Of a DNA stretch of 64,000 nt, positions 11,416 to 19,406 are shown one piece after another (within the stretch, counting starts at the first letter, position 1; every line of letters begins with the position of its first letter). The DNA is taken from assembly GCA_031266025.1 (NCBI GenBank), contig JAISBV010000105.1:5986-69985 (forward strand), given 5' to 3'. Below the pieces are notes generated by a model. That model worked only from the letters and a program-made list of their open reading frames with translations. It did not search any database and was not told the DNA's origin. Position numbers and translations under genes: made by a program. The DNA comes from Eubacteriales Family XIII. Incertae Sedis bacterium. GTDB taxonomy: Bacteria; Bacillota; Clostridia; Peptostreptococcales; Anaerovoracaceae.

Positions 11416-12684
11416 ATGAAAGTACTGATCGTAGGCGGCGGCGGCCGAGAGCACGCTATCGCTTGGAAGCTCAGACAGAGTCCGAGACTCACGGAGCTTT
11501 ACTGCGCTCCCGGTAACGCCGGCATTTCCGAAATAGCCGTCTGTGTAGATATACGTGCCGACGATGTGCGCGGTCTGACGGATTTTGCTTCCGAAAACCT
11601 TATGGATCTCGTCGTTATAGGCCCGGAGACGCCGCTTGCCATGGGTCTTACGGACATGCTGACAGACGCGGGTATACGCGTCTTCGGCCCGAATATCAAA
11701 TGCGCGCGTCTCGAGGCCAGCAAGAGCTTTACGAAACAATTTCTCGAGAGACACGGAATTCCGACCGCACGCCATATGATTTTTCATGATAAGGACGAAT
11801 TGCTCGACCATGTGGGGCAGTTCGGCTTCCCCATGGTGCTTAAGGCGGACGGACTCGCTGCCGGCAAGGGCGTGATCATCGCCGAAACGGCCGCAGAGGC
11901 GCGAGACGCTATAGAGGACATGATGGGACGGCGTGTTTTCGGCGCGGCCGGAGATACGGTGGTAGTGGAGGAATATCTCGAAGGCATTGAGGCTTCGATG
12001 CTGTGTTTCGTGGACGGAAGCACCATAGTTCCGATGGAATCCGTGCAGGATTACAAGAGAGCGTTCGACGGGGACAAGGGACTCAATACGGGCGGCATGG
12101 GCAGCTATTCGCCGAGCCTTATTTTCGACGAGACATTGGAAGACGAGATACGCGAAAAGATATTGGCGCCTATATACGAGGGTTTTAAGGCGGACGGTCT
12201 CGACTTCAGGGGCGTACTGTTTATCGGCTTGATGATCACAGACGACGGGCCCAAGGTGATCGAATTCAACAATCGTTTCGGCGATCCCGAGACTCAGGCT
12301 GTACTGCCGCGCTTGCGAAGCGATCTTTTGGATATTTTCTTGGCCGTTACAAACGACAGACTTGCAGGCGCAGAGCTTCGCTGGAGCGGGATGCGTTCCG
12401 TATGCGTTGTACTTGCGGCCGGAGGTTATCCGGGCGACTGTGAGAAGGGCAAACTTATAAACGGTCTCGCGCTCACGGACGACGACGCGCTCGTGTTCCA
12501 CGCGGGAACCGCGTTCGGATCCGGTTCGCACGACGTCTTCACGGCCGGCGGACGCGTGCTCGGCGTAACGGCGCTCGGCGCGACGCACGAAGAGGCCCGA
12601 GAAAAGGCCTACGCGAATGCCGCGCGTATACGTTTTGACGGCATGCAATACAGGCGCGATATCGGAATTCTGAAGGAGGTCTGA
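11416..12684 (+). CDS. purD: GAR synthetase
   Basis: MKVLIVGGGGREHAIAWKL, an ATP-grasp core and EFNNRFGDPE. Confidence 0.95.
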   Translation: MKVLIVGGGGREHAIAWKLRQSPRLTELYCAPGNAGISEIAVCVDIRADDVRGLTDFASENLMDLVVIGPETPLAMGLTDMLTDAGIRVFGPNIKCARLEASKSFTKQFLERHGIPTARHMIFHDKDELLDHVGQFGFPMVLKADGLAAGKGVIIAETAAEARDAIEDMMGRRVFGAAGDTVVVEEYLEGIEASMLCFVDGSTIVPMESVQDYKRAFDGDKGLNTGGMGSYSPSLIFDETLEDEIREKILAPIYEGFKADGLDFRGVLFIGLMITDDGPKVIEFNNRFGDPETQAVLPRLRSDLLDIFLAVTNDRLAGAELRWSGMRSVCVVLAAGGYPGDCEKGKLINGLALTDDDALVFHAGTAFGSGSHDVFTAGGRVLGVTALGATHEEAREKAYANAARIRFDGMQYRRDIGILKEV

Positions 12685-12686
12685 AA

Positions 12687-13610
12687 TTGTCTGCCGTCAG
12701 AACGAAGAAGAGATTCAGAATCAATTACATGCGTCTTTTTCTCATGCTGCTTTTCATATTCGTGATCGCATACGGTGTTTATATGCTCTATATCGGCGCA
12801 TATGAAACCGAAGATACCGGAGCCGCGTCGCCCGACCGAACCGGTGAACAAACTGAACCGGAACCGCCGCAAGTCGAGACTGCGGCGGAGGACGAAAATC
12901 CGTTCGCGCTATATTACTATTATGAACCTGAAAGACAGGGCCGATATGAAAGCTATGCGGCAAGTCATCCCGTGTTTGCGCCCGATGAAGTCGTCTGGCG
13001 CGTCGACGCGGATATTGACAGGTTTGCTTATACGAATATCTCTACCGTTACGGATTTTACGCCGCCTGTGCTTTTGAACAAGTACCGCAAACTGCCGGAT
13101 GATTATACGCCGCAAAACCTCGTGAATACTTCATCCGGACAGCAGATGACTCAGGAAACGAAGAGCGCTTATGAGGCCATGAGGGACGACGCCGGCGTGG
13201 CGGGCCGCCGTATAAGCGCATATTCCGCCTACAAATCCATAGAATACCAAAAGGGTGTTTACAATAAATATGTTATGGAAAACGGCAGAGACGCGGCGGA
13301 CAGCTTCAGCGCCAGAGCCGGACACAGCGAACACCACTTGGGAACGGCCATCGACCTCGTTGGCGTCGCTGAAACCACGAGCAGCTTCGCGGGAACGCCC
13401 GAAGCCGAGTGGGTGACTGAAAACGCTTGGAAATACGGTTTTATAATACGTTATACGGCAGAGAATCAGGATGTGACAGGTTATGTGCCCGAACCGTGGC
13501 ATATCACCTATGTCGGAAACGACGCGGCCGCCGCCATGCACGAACTCGGCATCGGGAGCTTGGAGGAATACACGGTGAAGTATGTGACGCATAAACCGAA
13601 AAATGATTGA
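12687..13610 (+). CDS. VanY/M15B-type D-alanyl-D-alanine carboxypeptidase, membrane anchored
   Basis: TTG start 9 nt after GAAGGAGG. TM helix (LFLMLLFIFVIAYGVYMLYIGA). Zn-peptidase motifs SARAGHSEHHLGTAIDL and PEPWHITYVG. Confidence 0.8.
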   Translation: MSAVRTKKRFRINYMRLFLMLLFIFVIAYGVYMLYIGAYETEDTGAASPDRTGEQTEPEPPQVETAAEDENPFALYYYYEPERQGRYESYAASHPVFAPDEVVWRVDADIDRFAYTNISTVTDFTPPVLLNKYRKLPDDYTPQNLVNTSSGQQMTQETKSAYEAMRDDAGVAGRRISAYSAYKSIEYQKGVYNKYVMENGRDAADSFSARAGHSEHHLGTAIDLVGVAETTSSFAGTPEAEWVTENAWKYGFIIRYTAENQDVTGYVPEPWHITYVGNDAAAAMHELGIGSLEEYTVKYVTHKPKND

Positions 13611-13687
13611 GTATGGGCGTCGGCCGGCATATAATATAATTAATACAAAGCCATAGTTAGTTCGATTTAAAGAAGAGGAGAAGGGAT

Positions 13688-14947
13688 ATGAGCAAAATGC
13701 AGCACGCACATATGACATTTGACAGAGACGACGTGTTTAACAGAAAACCGTTTGTTGAAAGCATTATGAAATTGATCGGTGAATGGGGTGTGGACATATT
13801 CAACGATGATGAGGCGCTCTCCATAAGCATTGATTCGCCTTGGGGCACGGGAAAGAGCAGTATGCTCGCGATGTGGGTCAATTATATAGCGGAAACGCCC
13901 AGATACAGCCGTTGTAAAGTTGTCTACTACAACGCGTGGCAGAACAATTATTTTGACGACGCGTTGCGTCCTTTGCTTTACGAACTGCAGAGCTGTGACG
14001 ACGGGCCGCAGGTCGAGGTGTTCAGAAAGGCCGGTATAGACCTTTCTGCGGCGCTCGCCGAGGGCGACAGTGAAATACTGCGAATTATGTCGAACCGCGC
14101 CTCCGGCGAGGGGTCGGGTTACTTCGGGGGTTTTCGCAAGATCAACCAAGCGAGCGCGGCCTTCGCGAAAGCCATTGAAAAGTTGGTTCCCTCGAACGGC
14201 AAGCTGATTGTGTTCGTGGACGAATTGGATCGCTGCCGCCCCAATTTCGCGGTCGAAACACTCGAATTGATACGTCATTATATGAGCGCGCCGAACGTCG
14301 TATTCATATTTACTATGGATTTGGCTCAATTGACGCAGCTTGTGCGCCTGATCTACGGCTTCGACAAGGATGCTTGGGGCTATCTGCGCAGATTTTTCAA
14401 TATCAGTTTTCGGATGCCCATGCCTGAAATCACGAAGTATGTGGAAAATCTGCTATACAAGGCGATCAACGACAGCGACGCGCTGAAAGCGCTCAAATTC
14501 GCACGCGTCATGGCGGACATGTACACGTACTTCGGTCTGCACATACGCGATGTGGAAAAGATCACAACCAATTTCATCATATTTTATTCAATGAATAAGA
14601 TTGCGAGTGACCCCAACAAACCGCGTTCACTCATGCGGCTCGGCGTGTATCTGTATTTTATGATCCTGAAATACAAATATCCCGACGTCTACAACGGCAT
14701 ATTCGATAAAAGCGGCTATCATTTGGAAGGTGATCTTGTAGAGGGTAAATATGTTCTTGAACGCAGGTTCAGCGGGCAGGGCGAAATCAAGGATCTGCTC
14801 CGCACGATGCAGGGCAACCGTATATGGGACGAAGACGCGGGCGGCGGATACATCGCCGAATACCTGTTCCCGGAGATAGTGCCGAACGCGAAGAGCATGG
14901 GGCAGCATATACATGAAGCTATGGAATTGTTCGCGGAAGTCGGATGA
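13688..14947 (+). CDS. KAP-family P-loop NTPase, with no obvious membrane insert
   Basis: Walker A SPWGTGKSS. The KAP-diagnostic Walker B block LIVFVDELDRCRPNFAVETLELI. NAWQNNYFDD follows the P-loop. Strong RBS GAGGAGAAGGGA. Confidence 0.75.
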   Translation: MSKMQHAHMTFDRDDVFNRKPFVESIMKLIGEWGVDIFNDDEALSISIDSPWGTGKSSMLAMWVNYIAETPRYSRCKVVYYNAWQNNYFDDALRPLLYELQSCDDGPQVEVFRKAGIDLSAALAEGDSEILRIMSNRASGEGSGYFGGFRKINQASAAFAKAIEKLVPSNGKLIVFVDELDRCRPNFAVETLELIRHYMSAPNVVFIFTMDLAQLTQLVRLIYGFDKDAWGYLRRFFNISFRMPMPEITKYVENLLYKAINDSDALKALKFARVMADMYTYFGLHIRDVEKITTNFIIFYSMNKIASDPNKPRSLMRLGVYLYFMILKYKYPDVYNGIFDKSGYHLEGDLVEGKYVLERRFSGQGEIKDLLRTMQGNRIWDEDAGGGYIAEYLFPEIVPNAKSMGQHIHEAMELFAEVG

Positions 14948-14955
14948 TTTCAGGT

Positions 14956-15100
14956 AACTACTCAAACCCCACGTGATTTTTGCCCATCTCGGAACCTGAT
15001 TCGGATTTTTACCTTCTCACGTACTATTCTGTACGTTCCGAGGGCTAAAATCCGTCTCAGAACCCGATCTGAACGAAACTGACGCGGGGTTTGAGTAGTT
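14956..15100. repeat. About 145-bp palindromic MITE/REP-like element, family A, copy 1
   Basis: Terminal inverted repeats AACTACTCAAACCCC / GGGGTTTGAGTAGTT. The interior closely matches the reverse complement of 29205-29348. Confidence 0.85.
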
Positions 15101-15165
15101 TTGATTGAAATCTTTGAGCAGTAACGATTTCTGACGGTGAGGTCAATTATTAATTACAGTAATTA

Positions 15166-15194
15166 TTGACAATACCCCGTCCGTATTATAAAAT
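15166..15194 (+). promoter_or_regulatory. SigA-type promoter for the riboswitch-controlled transcript
   Basis: TTGACA (15166-15171), a 17-nt spacer, then TAAAAT (15189-15194). Confidence 0.6.
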
Positions 15195-15265
15195 AGCAGT
15201 AGATAAATTATCTGACCAAATTATCTGAAAGAGTATGAAACTCCGTTTCATAATTAGCAAAAAAT

Positions 15266-15450
15266 GTCTTATGTCCGCCTGACCTTGGCGGATAATAGGG
15301 AAACAGGTTGAATGCCTGTGCGGTCCCGCCGCCGTAAGCGGTTAGCCGAATTCACACCCCGCGCTCAGCGCGGAGCGAAAGCCACCGGACGCGTGTCTCG
15401 GGAAGGCCGGATAAGGCGTTGATCCGCGAGCCGGAAGACCTGCATAAGAC
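15266..15450 (+). promoter_or_regulatory. Cobalamin (AdoCbl) riboswitch aptamer
   Basis: P1 pairing of GTCTTATG (15266-15273) with CATAAGAC (15443-15450). Conserved core AATAGGGAAACAGGTTGAATGCCTGTGCGGTCCCGCCGCCGTAAGCGG. B12 box GAGCCGGAAGACCTGC just before the 3' strand of P1. Confidence 0.85.
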
Positions 15451-15520
15451 GTATATATCTGCAACGGCCCGACGAGGAGATCGGCGCTGTTATGTTCGTC
15501 ATACCGCGTAAAAACGGATC

Positions 15521-15548
15521 GCGGCCTCAAACAGGGGCCGCTTTTTTT
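15521..15548 (+). terminator. Intrinsic terminator (riboswitch expression platform)
   Basis: GCGGCC...GGCCGC stem followed by T7, located between the aptamer and the RBS of the downstream gene. Confidence 0.75.
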
Positions 15549-15592
15549 ATTGATCTTCGCGGCGCCCATGAACAATAAAGAAGGAGGACAAT

Positions 15593-18500
15593 ATGTTAAT
15601 CAAACGGATCAAAATTCAGGCGGCATGGCTGCTCGCTGTGATTATGCTGATCGGCCAGGCCGCGCCGGCGTCTTTCGCGGCGGCATCCGAGTCCGACGTG
15701 AGAGCGGCGCTCACAAGAACGTTCACAGACTACTATCAAGGCGCGCAAGAGGGTGTTTTGAGCGATTGGGAAGATCTTGCGGCGGCATATATCTCAGGAA
15801 AAAATTTGAGGGAATATTCACTGCCGCCAACAGGCGCCACGACGTCCACAGCCTTAATACTTTCTCTGCTAAAGGGCGATATGCCGGCCGCGAATGAATA
15901 CGCGACCGTTTTGGCGACGGATGGTCTGACGACGCGGTACTACACATACAGCGACGCCTTGGAATTGATCGCGATGGAAGCGTATAACAGGGCGGCCGGA
16001 TCGGCCGCCGTAAGCTATGACGAAAATACGGCCATAGGTCATCTGCTGTCGGCGAGGGAACAGGACGGCGGTTTCGGTTTCGGCAGCGGCGGCGATCCCG
16101 ACACTACGGGTATAGTGCTTGCGGCTCTTGCGCCGTTTAATAACAATGCATATCCGGACGTACAAAAAGGTATCATTGACGCGCTTTCATATCTGCATAA
16201 AACGCAGCAATCCAACGGCGGATTTTTGGGCACATGGTCGGGCAACAATTCTCAAAGCGCCGCCGTCGTGCTATGGGGATTGGACGCGCTCGGCGAGGAT
16301 ATCGCCGGGGATTGGGCCAAGAACGGATTTACGCCTGTAGACGCCTTGCTGTCCTTCCAAACCCCAAGCGGCGGCTTTGGCCTCGATAACGCGATTGCGG
16401 ACGATACCCTCTCAACGCGGCAGGCGGCGCTTGCCCTTGCTCAGATTGAGAGCGGTCAAAGCATCTTTACGGATTCGATATCGAATGTCGAACTGTACAA
16501 GAGCCTTTCGGCCGGCGTCGTGGGTGAGGACGGAAAGTATTACGAACGTTCCGTGACCGCCCGAAACGACGAAACGCTTTCGGACGTCATTGCCCGCGCT
16601 ATGAGGACGTCCTCTGCGGATTCAAATGAATATTACTGTTACCGCGGCGGCAAGCCGATTGTGGGCGGGCCGGTGTACGTTTCGGGTTTCGACGACGGCG
16701 CGGATATACTCACGATTCACAAGGATTTTGAATACGTAACGTATTTCAAGGCCGAAACGGGCGACAGGCTCGGCGTCAACGGAACCGAGATACCGTTCGG
16801 GGGTTCCGCGACGCTGACATTGATGATCACGTCCGCAGCCGCTGTCTCGTATTCCGCGCCTCTGGCCGGTGTGGGCGTGGATATCAACAGTGACGGATTT
16901 GATGAAGGCGTTACGGACAGCAACGGCAATGTTACGCTCAGCGGATTCATAGGCGCCGGCGTACACGACGCGGTCGTGCTGCCCGGCAGGGTGATTGATA
17001 AAGATGTCACGGCCATGCTGCCCGCGAAGATCACTATGAATAAGGCCTCTGCGGTGCAGACCGCCACGGTCGGCGTGCGCGTGGAAGGCATTTATAAAAA
17101 TATACTGCATATGCCGGCTATAACAGTCGGAAACGACGGAGATAAAGTGCTGACCGTGCTCGACGCGGTCAAGGACGCCTTGGATTACAAAGGGATAACC
17201 TATACAGAAATCGGCGGGTATATATCCTCTGTGGACGGCGTATCCGAAAAACCCGACGCCGGTATCGGTTGGCTTTATAACATAGTATCCGACGAGGCGT
17301 ATCTGAAAGGTGAGAAGTGGCCCGCGGGCATGGGTTCGCAGCCGATAAAGGACGGCGACGAGATCGTCGTATATTACGGAAATTGGCTGTCATTCCCCAT
17401 TATTGAAACCAAGTTGAACGCGGACGGCGGCGTTACCGTAGCAGTGAAAATGTGGGTGACTGATTGGAGCACAGGCATAGCCACGCTGTCGCCTGTTTCG
17501 GATGTAAGCGTGTTGTGGGCGGAAAACACCGCTTACGCGTTCACGTATAATACGGATGCGAACGGTGAAATCGTTATACCGCCGGCCAAGGCGCCTGTTG
17601 GAAAATATACGCTTCAAATCGACAAGAAGGATGCGTCCGATCTGCCGGCGATCATGCGCTTGGCGCCGGACTACGCGATAGAAGTGAAGGGTGGAAGCGT
17701 TGCTCCGTCCACGCCCACGGCGCCTAAGACAGATGATGTATATATAACGGTTACGGGCCCGTCCGGTAACCTGTTCGCGCGCAAGGCGTTCTCATGGTAT
17801 GCCGGTGTGACGCCGCTGAGTGTGCTGCGCCGGACGGGTTTGACGTATGAAACCGATGCCGCCGGCGCCTACGTTAAATCCATAGGCGGTTTCGCGGAAT
17901 TCGATTACGGCCCTAACAGCGGTTGGCTTTACAAGGTGAACGGCGTAGAAACCATAAAGGAATCGGCGGCCGTACACAGATTAAACTCGGGCGATGAGCT
18001 CGAATGGTTCTATACGCGCGACTATACGAAAGAGTCCGGTTCGGGAGCGTGGTCGACGGCGACGCCGGCGCCTGCAGACGACGAGGAAAAGGTCTCCTCG
18101 TCCTTGTCCGAGACCGCAGCCGCAAACGGCGCGGCCGCGTTCGACGACGTCAAAGCTGCAGACTGGTTTTACGATGATGTGGAATACGCCGTTAAAAACG
18201 GCATCTTTAACGGCATAAGCGCCGACAAATTCGGCCCAAACATACCTATGACGCGCGGCATGATAGTGACGGTGCTCGGCAGATTGGAAGGCGTGAACGA
18301 AAGCTCATATACCGGCGGCGGATTCAGCGACGTCGCGCCGGGACAATACTATACAGCTTATGCCGAGTGGGCGAAGGCAAACGGTATAGTAAACGGCGTG
18401 GGCGAAAATATGTTTGCGCCGGACGGGAATGTCTCTCGGCAGGATTTCGCCGTGATGCTCACGCGTTACGCAGAGTTGTCGCAGAAAGATATAAGGGCGA

Positions 18501-18679
18501 CGCGCGATCCCATAACGTTCTCCGACGAAGCGGATATCGCGGACTACGCGAAGCAAGCCGTGCAAGACCTGTACAGCGGCGAGATCATTAACGGCGTCGG
18601 CGGGAACGCGTTCAATCCCAAAGGCAGCGCCACCCGCGCCGAGGCGGCGGCCATGCTGCGCCGCTTCATCGAGAATTGA
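15593..18679 (+). CDS. SLH-anchored surface protein with prenyltransferase/terpene-cyclase-like alpha-toroid repeats and two DUF4430 (transcobalamin beta-domain-like) modules. Putative cobalamin-capture protein.
   Basis: Signal peptide. Repeats of the type QDGGFGFGSGGDPDTTGIVLAAL, QQSNGGFLGTWSGNNSQSAAVVLWGL and QTPSGGFGL. Two DUF4430-like blocks (GIGWLYNIVSDE...DGDEIVVYYGNW; NSGWLYKVNGVE...SGDELEWFYTRDY). Three C-terminal SLH repeats. Confidence 0.75.
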   Translation: MLIKRIKIQAAWLLAVIMLIGQAAPASFAAASESDVRAALTRTFTDYYQGAQEGVLSDWEDLAAAYISGKNLREYSLPPTGATTSTALILSLLKGDMPAANEYATVLATDGLTTRYYTYSDALELIAMEAYNRAAGSAAVSYDENTAIGHLLSAREQDGGFGFGSGGDPDTTGIVLAALAPFNNNAYPDVQKGIIDALSYLHKTQQSNGGFLGTWSGNNSQSAAVVLWGLDALGEDIAGDWAKNGFTPVDALLSFQTPSGGFGLDNAIADDTLSTRQAALALAQIESGQSIFTDSISNVELYKSLSAGVVGEDGKYYERSVTARNDETLSDVIARAMRTSSADSNEYYCYRGGKPIVGGPVYVSGFDDGADILTIHKDFEYVTYFKAETGDRLGVNGTEIPFGGSATLTLMITSAAAVSYSAPLAGVGVDINSDGFDEGVTDSNGNVTLSGFIGAGVHDAVVLPGRVIDKDVTAMLPAKITMNKASAVQTATVGVRVEGIYKNILHMPAITVGNDGDKVLTVLDAVKDALDYKGITYTEIGGYISSVDGVSEKPDAGIGWLYNIVSDEAYLKGEKWPAGMGSQPIKDGDEIVVYYGNWLSFPIIETKLNADGGVTVAVKMWVTDWSTGIATLSPVSDVSVLWAENTAYAFTYNTDANGEIVIPPAKAPVGKYTLQIDKKDASDLPAIMRLAPDYAIEVKGGSVAPSTPTAPKTDDVYITVTGPSGNLFARKAFSWYAGVTPLSVLRRTGLTYETDAAGAYVKSIGGFAEFDYGPNSGWLYKVNGVETIKESAAVHRLNSGDELEWFYTRDYTKESGSGAWSTATPAPADDEEKVSSSLSETAAANGAAAFDDVKAADWFYDDVEYAVKNGIFNGISADKFGPNIPMTRGMIVTVLGRLEGVNESSYTGGGFSDVAPGQYYTAYAEWAKANGIVNGVGENMFAPDGNVSRQDFAVMLTRYAELSQKDIRATRDPITFSDEADIADYAKQAVQDLYSGEIINGVGGNAFNPKGSATRAEAAAMLRRFIEN

Positions 18680-18756
18680 AAAAATCCACAAGGTAAAAAT
18701 TTGGTAAATATTGGCATTGAGTTTGTATTTGGGTGTCAAAAAGGATTTTTTAACCC

Positions 18757-18785
18757 TTGACAGGCAATGCGGAAAATGGTACTAT
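18757..18785 (+). promoter_or_regulatory. SigA-type promoter of the tRNA operon
   Basis: TTGACA (18757-18762), a 17-nt spacer, then TACTAT (18780-18785). Confidence 0.6.
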
Positions 18786-18829
18786 TTTTATTGCGGCGTG
18801 TTTTGCCGTGCAGATGTTGTTCGCAACAC

Positions 18830-18906
18830 GGCGGCGTAGCTTAGTTGGTTAGAGCGTCCGGTTCATACCCGGAAGGTCGGTGGTTCGAATCCACCCGCCG
18901 CTACCA
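18830..18906 (+). tRNA. tRNA with CAT anticodon. Either elongator Met or lysidine-modified Ile2. Not initiator-like.
   Basis: Cloverleaf folded by hand. Acceptor GGCGGCG/CGCCGCT, anticodon loop TTCATAC, T-arm GGTGGTTCGAATCCACC, encoded CCA. Confidence 0.85.
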
Positions 18907-18994
18907 TTTTCTGCTTGCCTTGCAGCAAGCGAAATGTTGCGTCCGACGTCTCGGATTTCGGCGCGGTTCGGCATCGAATGCCGGCGTGTGTTGC

Positions 18995-19071
18995 GGTGGG
19001 TATCGTCAAGCGGTTAAGACCCAGGGTTGTGGTTCCTGTATGCGCGGGTTCGATTCCCGCTACCCACCCCA
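18995..19071 (+). tRNA. tRNA-His (GTG)
   Basis: Encoded G-1 opposite discriminator C. Acceptor GTGGGTA/TACCCAC, anticodon loop TTGTGGT, T-loop GGTTCGATTCC, CCA. Confidence 0.9.
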
Positions 19072-19088
19072 AATTCTGTCTTTGTTAT

Positions 19089-19163
19089 TGGGGTATCGCC
19101 AAGCGGTAAGGCAATGGATTCTGATTCCATCATGCGGAGGTTCGAATCCTCCTACCCTAGCCA
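19089..19163 (+). tRNA. tRNA-Gln (CTG)
   Basis: Acceptor TGGGGTA/TACCCTA, anticodon stem ATGGA/TCCAT with loop TTCTGAT, T-loop GGTTCGAATCC, CCA. Confidence 0.9.
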
Positions 19164-19230
19164 AGCCATGTGCGCGGATTGCGCCGGGAACGACGAAAAT
19201 CCGCGCGTATGAACAGTTTTATATGTACGC

Positions 19231-19305
<75 letters not shown>

Positions 19306-19309
19306 GACA

Positions 19310-19336
19310 AACCCCTTGAGATGAAAGGGGTTTTTG
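19310..19336 (+). terminator. Intrinsic terminator of the tRNA operon
   Basis: CCCCTT-gagatg-AAGGGG hairpin followed by TTTTT. Confidence 0.75.
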
Positions 19337-19406
19337 TTTGATTTGTTTGTGGGCTTAGGGCATATTTGCCGCAATTGAAGCCCGGAGACTGTTACGATAT
19401 GAACAT

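Noticed and set aside
10271-12648. 353-aa and 414-aa minus-strand ORFs opposite purH and purD
   Set aside because: These are typical GC-rich antisense shadow ORFs (R/A/G-rich, no RBS, no motifs). The plus-strand genes are unambiguous.
18907-18994. Possible fifth tRNA in the 88-nt gap between tRNA-CAT and tRNA-His
   Set aside because: The gap contains small hairpins (CTGCTTGCCTTGCAGCAAG; GGCATCGAATGCC) but no T-loop GTTCRANYC or cloverleaf.
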